Virus record (IMG/VR): IMGVR_UViG_3300032038_009890
Coordinates: 128,001-192,000 of that record
Direction: 5' to 3' (one strand)
DNA from: a virus
Taxonomy: Duplodnaviria > Caudoviricetes
Length of the DNA stretch: 64,000 nt
Both the position numbers and the translations under genes were made by a program. Numbering within the stretch: position 1 is the stretch's first letter; the number at the start of each line of letters is the position of its first letter. This document shows, in pieces, positions 49,562 to 60,903 of the stretch. Under the pieces are notes generated by a model that was given only the letters and a program-made list of their open reading frames with translations, did not search any database and was not told the DNA's origin.

Positions 49562-49846
49562 CCTAATCTTTTTCCCTACTCCACAATTAGTAGAGGGAGA
49601 TTTTACGTACCTCAGCCACACATGAGGTGCTTATATGCCCTGACCCAAGGTGCTAAACAGGGTCATAATTGCATGAAAAAGCCTCTAGAACCACGTCGAG
49701 CGCTTTAGACGATAATTAACTTGTCTATGCGTCTGGCGTGTGTCTGAGGGCTTTCTGAGCGAATCCGCGGCGGCTCGTAAATAGGGTTTCGACTACCCTA
49801 GCGGATTTTGGCTAGTTTAGGGCCGTGAAAAGCTAGACGAAATTAG

Positions 49847-50131
49847 AGGGGATTAGTTTAAAGGGAAAACAGCTGACTCTCATTAAAAATAGGACGTTTT
49901 GATTGAAAAGTCAAAAATGAATAGTGTCAAATTCGGCGGAGGTCTTAATAAGAAAACGCCGAGCTAAGCTTAATTGAAAGTGTAGAGACTTAATGGCACG
50001 ACCTAAGTTTAAAATATGGTGAAGACAAAGTCCAGACTACAATGCAATATGCAGTTACGGCGACGTAATGTAGTAAGAAATCAGTAAGTGCGTTGAAGCC
50101 GCAATTGAGCGTTCGAATCGCTCATCCCCCA
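49847..50131 (+). tRNA. Amber suppressor tRNA(CUA); exons 49847-49880 and 50078-50131
   Basis: D arm GTTT AAAGGGA AAAC; GCTGA CTCT|AAA TCAGT gives loop CUCUAAA; long variable arm; GAGCG TTCGAAT CGCTC; GGGGAT/ATCCCC. Confidence 0.88.
49881..50077 (+). ncRNA. 197-nt ORF-less group I intron inside the anticodon
   Basis: P2 TTTTGATT-GAAA-AGTCAAAA; P3 GTGTCA/TGGCAC; P4 TTCGGCG/CGCCGAG; R GTAGAGACT; S AAGACAAAGTCC; U before the 5' site and terminal G. Confidence 0.9.
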
Positions 50132-50525
50132 GCAAAACACAGTTAAATATGAGGATTTGCAAACCTTATATGGGAAGGTGTCTTCTATCCCCTCCCCTTT
50201 CTGTGTTTGATTTAGATGATCAAAAACATTATGTTTTCCAAGGGATTGGCCTCGTTAGTCAGTTCTTGATTTTAGTAAAGGAGCAAAGTGACTTGAAGAA
50301 TTATTTTCACGCGACAATTAATTTTATCACAGAATATAATCGCATACAATACAAAATGGCTTATGGTTAGCAAGACACGTCTGACTAGGAAGACGAGTTT
50401 ATCCAAGATTTTAGCGAGAATCTAGCCGAGGCGCTGATGCATGACGTGGGTGAAAGCGAATTTGCGCAGAGACAGCTTTACGACTCGGCCAAGATTATTT
50501 GTGAAGAGTATAAGGAAAAAGAGAT

Positions 50526-50927
50526 ATGAAACGTATACGAAATATTGAGCTTGTTTTAGAGAATTGTGAGTTTGTAATTATAGATACCGAATATATTAAT
50601 GAAATAAAAATTATGGATATTCAGAAAAATATTATTGGCTATTCTGGCGCAAGCCATCCTAGTGTATATGAATATTGTGATAATGTACATATGGTAATTT
50701 ACGGCAGAATTAATGATACGGAGCAAGAAGGTTTGTTCTCTGATGATTATTCTATTGCGCAGAGATTGAAAGAAGGCCGAGATATTACTCAGATAGAGGT
50801 GCTTTATGATGATTATCCGCCCGAGATTTTGTGGGTGAATTTTAAGGGTGATTATTTTAATCAGTATCAATCTGGGTGTGTGGATGAAGAAGGTAATATT
50901 TGGATTGATATAAAGCGCCCTGTATAA
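50526..50927 (+). CDS. Hypothetical protein
   Basis: AAGGA RBS; IELVLENCE..DITQIEV. Confidence 0.65.
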   Translation: MKRIRNIELVLENCEFVIIDTEYINEIKIMDIQKNIIGYSGASHPSVYEYCDNVHMVIYGRINDTEQEGLFSDDYSIAQRLKEGRDITQIEVLYDDYPPEILWVNFKGDYFNQYQSGCVDEEGNIWIDIKRPV

Positions 50928-50938
50928 CTAGGGTGTTT

Positions 50939-51025
50939 GCAGTTGTGGCAGAGTTTGGTTGAATGCACCTCCCTGCTAAGGAGGCAATCCTTCGGGATTC
51001 ACTAGTTCAAATCTAGTCAACTGCG
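50939..51025 (+). tRNA. tRNA-Ser(GCU)
   Basis: GCAGTTG/CAACTGC, G73; CCTCC CTGCTAA GGAGG; variable arm AATCC TTCG GGATT. Confidence 0.92.
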
Positions 51026-51029
51026 GTTC

Positions 51030-51101
51030 GCCGATGTAATTCAATTAGTAGAATATTGGATTTGTAACCCAAAAACTACGGAGCATAACCGTACTTCGGC
51101 T
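51030..51101 (+). tRNA. tRNA-Thr(UGU)
   Basis: GCCGATG/CTTCGGC; TTGGA TTTGTAA CCCAA; TACGG AGCATAA CCGTA. Confidence 0.75.
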
Positions 51102-51212
51102 TTATGAGTAGGAAATACCGAGGATTGGCCTCCTTGGTATGAGTGTGTATCCTCGTTCAGCACACTCCCCTACTCTATTACAGATTGAACGAGAGAAATA
51201 CGAGGTGATAAA

Positions 51213-52460
51213 ATGGGTTATACACATGGTATATCGAAAGATGCAAAATTTAGACAATGTACGTGTTGTGGAGAAACATATCCAAACACAAATGAATATT
51301 TCTATAAAAACAATAGAAATGGTTTAGGTTCTATTTGTAAACAGTGTACAAGTAAGAGAAATAGAGAGATAAATAGTGAATTAAAGAAGAGATTTGTTAA
51401 TAATAATATAGAATACGATGGAGATAAAACGTGCATTTGTTGTGGTAGATCATTACCAAATTCATACAAGTATTTTCCAATAGATAAAACAACTAAAACT
51501 GGACTTAGGAATAAATGTCGTGAATGTAGTACAAATTATGGCCATTTTTTAGATGATGATGCTTTACGATATGAAATATGGACTAAAGAAGAAGATGAGA
51601 TACTTATAAAATACTATAAGGATTATCCCGGAAAAGAATTGAAGGAAAAGTTTCTTCCCAATAGAACAGTAAGAGCGATAGAATGTAGGGGTGGTTATTT
51701 GGGCCTTCAAGGGAAAAGTGAAGAAGGCAAGGAAAAAGCGAATAAGTATCGTTCGGAAATAATTAGTGATATTATGACTGGAAGAACATTTAGCGATGAG
51801 TGGAAGAAAAAGATTTCAGATTCAACTAAAAAATATTACGAAATACACGATGGTTATTGGAAAGGAAAACATAGGTCTCCTGAGCAAGTAAAGCAAATGA
51901 GCGAAAGAATGAAAGGGAAATGGGCGGGAGATAAAAATCCAAGACATATTCATCCCTTAAATGGCGCCGAAAACGGACGGTGGAAGGGTGGTATAAATCA
52001 GACATATATGGAGCTTCGTTCTGAAACAAAAGACTGGCAAAAAGAATCTATGGAATTCTGTAATTATGAATGTATAATAACTGGATTAAAATTTGATGAT
52101 ATTCATCATACTTTTCCTTTCAGAGATATTGTTGATGAGATATTTTCAAACATCTGTTTAGATATAAGAGAACAAGTGTTAGATTATACAGAAGATGAAT
52201 TTTAGGTTTTACAAGACGAAGTACATTATATGCATATATTGTATGGATTTGGAGCATGTTTAAAAAAAGAAATACATAAATTATTTCATGATAATTACGG
52301 ATATACTAGTATTACGCAATATGATTTTCTAGATTTTATTTATAGAATTGATTCTGGCGAATTTGATAAATGGTTTATAGATAATAATATCCCAATAAAT
52401 ATAAATTATAATTATGTTGATTATCTAGAAAAGATTGCATTTGTTTTAAATAATGAATAA
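51213..52460 (+). CDS. Zn-finger/NUMOD3/HNH-like endonuclease with one in-frame TAG (52203)
   Basis: CxxC pairs, WKGG, CIITG..DIHH, CLKKEIHKLFH; two ORF-track pieces in frame across the TAG. Confidence 0.75.
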
Positions 52461-52477
52461 AAGGAGGTACTGCTTCA

Positions 52478-53674
52478 ATGGCAGTTATAAAAGCACCAAA
52501 GAAGCTGACTCCAACACAGCTTCGTGAGGAAAATGAAAAATTAAAAGAAAAACTAGAAAATGGTGTTCGTTGTATAGTTTGTGGCATTATGAAAGATAAA
52601 AGTAAGTTTTATATAAATACAGATCCACATTGTAAATGTGAAGTTGGATGTGTATGTAAAGATTGTGCCAGAAAAATTGCATTAAGGGTAGATGAGAATG
52701 GTGAAGAACATGAAGTAACCAAAGAATCTTGTATAGAAGCGCTTAAACTATTAAACAAGCCATTTATCAATACTGTATGGGATGCTAGTGTTCAAGAATC
52801 TGATAATTTAATCGCAGGGAAAACAAAATCAAATCCTTGGGTCGCTTATATTAAGAACATAGCTATGGTCCAATGGGTCGGTAAGAATTTCTTTGACTCT
52901 GATATGTTTAAAAAAGGTTATGTAGATAATTCCTCTGATGGAAAAACAGAAATAACGTCTATACATGATATGACAGATGATGTACGTTCAACTTATGAAA
53001 TTAATAAAAAAACTACTATAAGGTTTTTAGGTTATGATCCTTTTGAAAACGAATCTATTGAAGAACAGCCACTGTTGTATGCAAAATTAGTTAGTTATTT
53101 TGATGATTCTGTAAAAGATGACGGATTAAAGTTGGAAGCTGTTATAGAAATAGTATAGAGTTTTAAAGATATAAAAACAATTAATGATGCTATTTCTAAA
53201 TACAAAAAAATGTTAGGTGATAATCCATCAGTAATATCTACTATTAAATCACTTGCTGAAACAAAACAAAAAATGATTAGTTCTGCTTTAGCACTTGCCA
53301 AAGACAATGGAATATCTGTGAATCATAATAATAGTAAAAGTAAAGGTGCAGGAACATTAAGTGGAATTATAAAAGAAATGTCAGAGATGAATCTGGATGA
53401 TATTGAAATTAACACATTTGACTATGAAACTAATAAGGCTATTTCAGATATAATGGAAGCCAATTTCAGAAATCAAATGAATCAATTAAATCCTGATGAA
53501 AATGATTGGGAAAAAGAAATATATCACCAAGCAAAGTTATTGCATAGCTTACAAAATGAGAGAGATAAGGCGGTCGAATATTGTAGGTTACTTCGTAAAG
53601 AGAATAAAGATTTAAAAGAGTTTCTTAAAGAGCGAGGTATTATAGACGATGCGTTGAATGTAATAGATGAATAA
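52478..53674 (+). CDS. YonG-like protein (candidate terminase small subunit) with one TAG (53156)
   Basis: CxxC..CKDC; pieces in frame across EIV*SFK; precedes the large terminase. Confidence 0.75.
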
Positions 53675-55586
53675 AGACATCACATTAATGGGTGATGCTA
53701 TTGAGGAATTTAATCCTAAGAATTTTACATATTTTGTAAAACCTACTTATTATGATATGTCAAATCTTAGACTTGAAGGACTCAAAAAAACCGCAGAAAT
53801 TGTATAGTGGGGGCGAAGAAATCCTGTTAAATTCTGCGAACGATTTATGGGAATAGAGTTCCTAGATTACTAGAAATATGTTTTTATGGAAAGTTGGATA
53901 ACACCATATGTTGTTTGGTGTATGACAAGAAATGGTGGTAAGACTACGTTGGGTAGTCCGTTCCTAATGGCAAAAACTCTTTTAATTCCATATTTCGAAG
54001 CATATATTTTATCTGGTACTGGTGCGCAAAGTATTGGTATGATGAAAAAGATAGAATAGATAACTAAAAAAGAGATTGCTAGTTTTACTGGATTGACAGA
54101 TGTATTTATGAATGAATTAGTTAAAAGTCAAGCCAATTCAACTGGTATATCACATAATCCTAATTCGTGGTCTTACAAATTGTATTCAGGATCAAGTCTT
54201 GCGACAATTAATAGTAATTATGACGGGTCGAGAGGTAAACGTAGCAGATTAAATTTTTATGATGAAGCCTCGTATGTAATGGAAGATATGTATAATGCCA
54301 CCCTTCCATTTGTTACGCAGAATTCAGATTTCGCATTAGGTGGGAATGTCGATGTTTCTCTTCTTGCGCCTAATTTTCCGAATCAGATTATATTTGCTTC
54401 ATCTGCGGGGTCAGTAGATGATTATTTTTACAAGATGTATAAAGAATATTCTCTTCATAGTATGGCAGGAGATAAACGTTATGCTTGTTTTGATATCGAT
54501 TGTGATCTTGTTATGAATGCTACATATAACGGAAAAGTATACCCTGTCCCACTTTTGACGCAAGAAAAAATTGATACTGAAATGAAGATTAATCCAATAA
54601 AAGCGAATAGAGAATATAGGAATAAATTTGATATTGATGGTGGCGATGAGATTATAGTAAAGAAATCGCAAATACTTCGCAATAGCGTAGTAAGGCCACC
54701 AGAGTTAGTAAACATAGACGGGAAAAGTTTATACGCAATTGGTTGGGATTTGGCCGCAAAAAAAGACAACAGTATATTAACTGTTGGTAAATTGATACAT
54801 TCAGATAAACGTGGATGGAGAATGGAAATAGTAAATTGTATAAATTTATTAGATAAAGAAACTAAAAGGCCATTAACTACACCAGAGCAAGTAAAACGTG
54901 TAAGAGAAGAAATGATTAACTATAATGGTACTGGTTCAGCTGATTATGAAAATATCAAGTATCTTATGATGGATGCAGGATCTGGTGGTGGTGCAAGTCA
55001 AGTATTAACATATTTATTTGATGATTTTTATGAAGATCATCACAAAGGCGAAGAAGAATTTCACCATAAAGGAATGATTGATAAAACATATGATTTCTGT
55101 CAACCATATATTAAAAGATATCCAGATAACGTTGATATTGTTAGAATGATTGAACCAACAAAATACAAAGTATAGATGTATACAAATTTAATAGAGCTGG
55201 TTGAACAAGGATTGATATCATTTACGGCAGACTATGATTATCATGGCATCTTGACAACATTAATTGAGGAAGATGGCGAAGAAAAAGAATAGATATATAA
55301 ACTATCATATTAGGAAGAGCAAGCATTGAAATAGATTGATGCTTTAAAAGAAGAAATATGTCACATGTATAGATATAAATCATCTAATGGTAATATAAGA
55401 TACGATCTTGCTCCCGGTTTCGAGAATATTATTGGCGATGATAGAGCATACACACTTGCTTTATTGTCAAAATGTTTAATGGACATGAGACAACAGGATA
55501 GTATAAAAAAGAAGCCGAAAAGTGATAGTGAATCTATGAAATAGATATTTACTGTTCGTCAACCCAGAAAAGTAACAAGATTTTAA
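53667..55586 (+). CDS. terL: Terminase large subunit with eight in-frame TAGs
   Basis: LDY*KY Q-motif, TRNGGKT Walker A, FYDEA, ASSA, IGWDLA, MDAGSGG, DDRAY; TAG at 53805, 53871, 54057, 55173, 55290, 55311, 55332, 55542. Confidence 0.92.
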
Positions 55587-55600
55587 AGGAGGTGCCGCTT

Positions 55601-57163
55601 ATGGCGGACAATAAAAAAACCACTGATAGTGGCACAAAAGAATCACAGTATAAGCAAGGATTTAATTCTGCTTATTCTTACAAGCGTGATCGCGCGCAAA
55701 TAATGGATTTTGCTAAAATATAGGACTATATACAGCGGAATCCTACTAAAACATCTAATAGAGTCTTTACGCAATATACAAAAGACATTGTAAAAACCTA
55801 TCTGCAATCACCTGCTACCAATCAAGATACATTGCGCGAGATATCTAGGTTCTTATGTAGAAACTCTATGTTATATCAGAAGATGATAATGTACCTTGCT
55901 TCTATGCCTTTGTTTTATTACACTATCACTCAAGTAAATAATCTTGATGAAGAAATAGATTCCGAAAAGGCAATGAAGGATTATCAAAAGGTGCTTGAGA
56001 ATTTTAATAGATTTAATATAAAAAAAGATATGTATACGGCGTTATATATCGCAATTAGAGATGGCTTCTACGTTGGATATGTTTATGATGATAAACAAGG
56101 TAGAACGTTTTTGATGCCTCTTGATGTACAGTATTGCCGTATTATGGGTAAGAACTATGCCGGGGAATGGGTAGTATATTTTAATGCGGCTTTCTTTGAC
56201 GCAGGGACAAACTCTGAATTTGTTGAAGGAATTGATGGAAACGTTGAAGGGGCCACATGGGCACCAGAGTTTATTGAAGGATATAAGGCCTATAAGAGTA
56301 AAGGTCGTGACTTTCAGTGGTTCCGTCTTGACCCAAAATATTGTTGTGTGCTTTTAATTGGCCCAGATGATGAATTTTCCTTCCCTCTTCCGCATTTTCT
56401 CCCATTGTTTACTGATTTGATGGACTTACTTGATTTACAGCAGATTCTCATGTCTAAACAAGAATTAGAGAATTACGCGTTGATTATAAATAAGATTCCT
56501 CTTGTGGATAACGGAAATTCTGGGGACATTGATGACTTTGCTATTTCTAATGAAATGATTAATTATTTTCGCAATCTAGAAGAAGAGGCTGTACCTGACC
56601 TAGTTGGCGTAGTTACCGCACCATTTGACGTAGATAAGATTATGTTTAAGGACAGCGCGGTGGCAGGAGATACTGATGCTCTTGGACAGTCGCTTAAGAA
56701 TCTATTCTCTAATAGTGGACTTACCGAGACAATTGTTTCTGGTGGTGACTCATCTTCTAATATGTCAATTAAGTTAGCACAATTGTGCGATCAAGCTAAT
56801 GTATGGGTTTGGGTAAATAGATTAGAGTCATGGCTTGATTTTTATATTAAAGAGAATATTGCTAAAGGATATATTTTTGAGATTCTAAGAATAACTTGGT
56901 ATAACGAGGATGATTATATCCAAAAATATAAGGATATAAGCACGCTCGGAGGCCCCGCTTTGGATTATTTAAGCGTTGTTGAGGGATCTCCTTATAAAGC
57001 GATTAATAAGATAAGATTTGAGAATGCTATTGGGATTAAAGATATAATGATTCCGCTTCAGTCGAGTTATAATTCTTCCAGTAATTCTCCGGGAAGGCCA
57101 ACAACTGATGATGATGAATTGTCTGGGAGTGCGGAAAGAAGTAGGAATACCCAGTCTAAGTAA
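55601..57163 (+). CDS. Portal protein (YonE-like) with one TAG (55721)
   Basis: Follows terL; AGGAGG RBS; C-terminal PLQSSY..GRP. Confidence 0.8.
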
Positions 57164-57186
57164 AATAGAAATGAAAAGGTGAAGTA

Positions 57187-57366
57187 ATGTTAGGACATTT
57201 TGTAAAAACATCTGATGAAGAAACAGCACGAAGACTCAGAGAGGCAGGTTTTGTAGAGCTTGCTAAAGAAGATTCTAAGTGGGTATTTCTTAATGAGGGT
57301 GGAAAATTAAACTTTGAAGAAAACAAGGATTTAAAAATTACATATAATGATATGTTGTGTGTATAA
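57187..57366 (+). CDS. Small hypothetical protein
   Basis: FVKTSDEETA..GF..WVFLN; 59 aa. Confidence 0.55.
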   Translation: MLGHFVKTSDEETARRLREAGFVELAKEDSKWVFLNEGGKLNFEENKDLKITYNDMLCV

Positions 57367-57415
57367 GCTCTCCTCTCTTCTGGAGAGTTAATCTATAAAG
57401 AAAGGAGGAGAAAAA

Positions 57416-59044
57416 TTGCACAAGATACTTACTTATAATGATTTAATGAGGTTTTGTGAAGAACAGAATTATACTAGTTTTAGCGCAAAGGATTCTGGAT
57501 ACTAGATTTGTGTATAGGTTCCTGCTACATTTGAAAAAGATGAGGAATACGAGGATGATTCTCTTCTTGTTGGAAATGTAAAACTTCTGCACACAGAAAT
57601 TAATCGTAATAACTCTGCTGTGACCGAAGCCGCCGCGAAGAAGATGATGAAGACGATTGCCTATAAGCCTATTCTTGCAAACTTTACAGATGTTAATGGT
57701 GAATTAGATTTTACATCTCATGATTTTGATCTGAATGATGATGGCACGATCACGTACTATGAGAAGCAAGTTGGGTGCTTTACGTCTGATAAACCTTATA
57801 TGGAAGAAGACGGAGAACATAAGGATAGGAAATACGTATATGCGAAGTGCGCAATCCCTCGTCAGTATACTGAAGCGGCAAATATTATTGAGCGCAAAGG
57901 TGGTACAGATATTAGCGCGGAACTTGGAATAAATAAACTTTCTTATGACAGCAAATCCAAATGTCTTATTCTTGAGGATGTGGTGCTGATGGGTGCTACT
58001 CTTCTTGGCGTAGACGCTGTATCTGGAGATCCGATTGCTCCGGGTATGGAAGGTGCAAAAGTAGATATTGCGGATTTTAGCGTAGACAAAAATTCTGTTA
58101 TAAATAAGACTGATTTAATTAATGAGATTACTCAAGCAGTTGTTGCGAAGCTTGATGATCATATTGCGAAAAATTTCGCGAACGACAACCAAGGAAAGGA
58201 GGAATGTGGTTTGGAAAATTTTGATGAAAAAATCAAAGATGTTGAAACTGAGACCGTTGAAGATAAGACTGTCGAGGAAAATACCACTGAAGAGGAAACT
58301 CCTGAAGTGGTTGAGATGAATGCAGAGGAATCTGAACAGGAAGTTGAAGAGACTAATGAGGAAGATAATTCTGAGCAAGAAGTTGAAGAGGAAAGTACCG
58401 ATGATAAGGTAGTAAATATTGAATACTCTGTAAATTACAACGGTGAAGTAAAAGTATTCTCTTCTTCGCTAATGGAGAAGCTTAACGCACTGTATGAGTT
58501 AGTTAACACTACGTATGGTGAGGCTGATAATACTTGGTATGATGTTGACGCTTATGATGAAGATAAACTTGTTATTATGCATGATTATTGGAATGGTAGG
58601 CACTATAGACAAAATTATCAGGTAAGGAATGATGTGTATTCTCTTAAAGGAGATCGTGTCGAAGTGTTCACGACTTATCTTACGAAAGATGAGCAAGCTC
58701 AAGTTGAGTCTATGAAAGCTAATTATGCTGTTATTTCTGAGAAACTCGCCAAGTATGAGGCAGAGCCTGAGAAGATTGCTATTTTGGATTCTAAGGAATA
58801 TACAAGTATTCGTGAGTCTGCGGAATTTGCCGAGCTTCGTGAGGAAAAGAATCATTTTGATTTTTCTGTTGATGAGGTAAAGAGTAAGCTTGATAGTATC
58901 CTTCTGGCCTATGCAAAATCTGGGCAGTTAAATTTTGCCCGGACTAAACAGGAAGAAAAGACCGAAGCGCCGAAGAAAGATTTCTATGCATTTGCTAGGA
59001 TTGAGAGAAATACAAGTTTTTTGGATGGGCTTCTGAAGAAGTAA
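57416..59044 (+). CDS. Prohead protease/scaffold (YonD-like) with two TAGs (57503, 57515)
   Basis: AGGAGG plus TTG start; LHTEINRN, KPILA, SAEL, PGMEGA; acidic coiled tail. Confidence 0.75.
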
Positions 59045-59123
59045 TAAAAGAAATATAAATTATGTAAGTAACAGGAATTGGCCTGTTATTCTTCTATTAA
59101 AATATGAAAGGAGATAGATAGAT

Positions 59124-59741
59124 ATGGCTATTTATGGGAATTTGGACGAGCGTCCAATTGGACAGCATGGTGTGTTTGAAGCTTCGCTTCTTAAAGCCAC
59201 CATTTCCGGTCATCTTTGGGATTGTCTTGCAGTGACCGAGACCACCACTGGTTCTGGAGATAATATCAAGACCGAGAGAACACCTATTGATATGGACAAC
59301 GGTGTATGTGTTAAAGTAGGGGATTTTACAAACTTTAAGGACGGACTGCAAGAGAGGTATTGCACTATTGCGGGAGCGAGGGATAAAGTTGGTGTTACCG
59401 GGTCGGTCGTAAATGTAAAGGATGGGCGTACGGCTCTTGAATCGACTGAGCCTTATTTCTTTGTTCGTGCAGGAGAGGATTCTAAGGTTTATGAGGTTCA
59501 AGGAGATCTGTATGATGGTGATATCTTTGGCGTTGGTTTGCATCAGTTTACCTAGGCTACTCAGAGTCTTGTAAAGCGCGGTAACTATGTTGTACTTGAT
59601 GGTACTGGGAAGTATGTTGCTCAGGCGGCTAAGCCAACCATGACGAATTATGGATTTGTTGCTTAGATTCATAGTACTTGGACAAATAATGTTTATACTA
59701 TTGTTCGTCTGTACGTTATTCAGAATGTTGATAATAACTAA
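59124..59741 (+). CDS. Capsid decoration-like protein (YonC-like) with two TAGs (59553, 59664)
   Basis: DMDNG..GDIFGV; lies between the protease and capsid genes. Confidence 0.65.
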
Positions 59742-59764
59742 TTTAAGAAGGGAGGGAAAGATAT

Positions 59765-60868
59765 ATGAAAGATATTACTTATTTTAGTGCTAATGTTGTA
59801 AAATGTTTTGATAATAGCATTGACAACATGAAGGTATTTAATGATCTTATGATGGATACTGCTAATAATGTTTATGACAAATATTCTAAAGCAGATTCTA
59901 ACGAGATGATTCGTAATCAGTTTAATAAAGTTCTTGGTATTAATTATCGTTCCGCTACCCGTACCGAGCGTCGTTAGGCTCTGAGGGCACACGGTATTGA
60001 GATTAGTTCTATTATCGAGAACGTGCTTATTGACAGGATGGTATCTGGTATTAATGAGCAGAACATGCCTATTATGCGTATTGTTGAGGATAGGAATATT
60101 GCTCTTGGTGATATCAACTATTTTACTATTGACGCGAAAGCCCTGCTTCAGGTTTCTAAGTGGGGGAGCGGCCATCATGATATAGTACGTTAGAAAATCT
60201 TACCTGGTAAAGGATTTTCAATTGATGTCTCCAAGTATGTAATTAAGACTTATGCATCTTATGATGAGTTTATGATGGGCAAGGTAGATTTTGCCGCTCT
60301 TATTGACCTGCTTTACAGGAGTATTGAGAAGTATCGTTTCCAAGCTCTATATGAGAATGTTATGGCTCTGGATACTTATCTTCCTGCCGACATGAAGGCT
60401 AGTATTGGTATTGCAGAATCTACTAAGCAGGATATCCTTAACCATATTGAGAAGGTCAGTGCTACCACTGGTAAAGAGGTTATGCTTGTTGGCACCCGTT
60501 TCGCCCTTCAGAAGCTTCAGAGTACTGTAAACTACAATATGTGGTCTGACAACATGAAGGACGAGCGTTATCAGAATGGTATTCTTGGCAATTACGAAGG
60601 TTATGAGTGCATGGTACTGAACCGTATTAATGCCGAGGGCACTAGGGATTCTATCTTTACCGCTAACGATAATAAGAAGATTTATATTCTTCCGATTGAT
60701 CCTGACTTCAAGCCGATTAAGCGCATTAACAGCGGTGATGTTGAGTACTTTGAGCGTGGCATGGATGGTTCTATGCAGGACCGTACCATGGAAGGTGAGG
60801 TTTGGTACGAGGAAGGTATTGGTATCATAATTGACGAGCTTTATGGCGTAATCATTGATAACGCTTAA
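59765..60868 (+). CDS. Major capsid protein (YonB-like) with two TAGs (59975, 60191)
   Basis: Continuous 367-aa frame once TAG is read; GSGHHDIVR*KI; position in the head module. Confidence 0.8.
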
Positions 60869-60903
60869 TTAAATGTTACATTGATTAAAAGGAGAAGTAA
60901 ATA

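Noticed and set aside
49872-49890. Reading the intron-containing tRNA as tRNA-Met(CAU) because CTCAT follows the stem
   Set aside because: Including CAT gives a 10-nt loop; only CTCT|AAA yields a 7-nt loop with U and G splice boundaries.
49600-50512. tmRNA
   Set aside because: No Ala-type G3.U70 acceptor with a CCA end and no tag reading frame could be identified.
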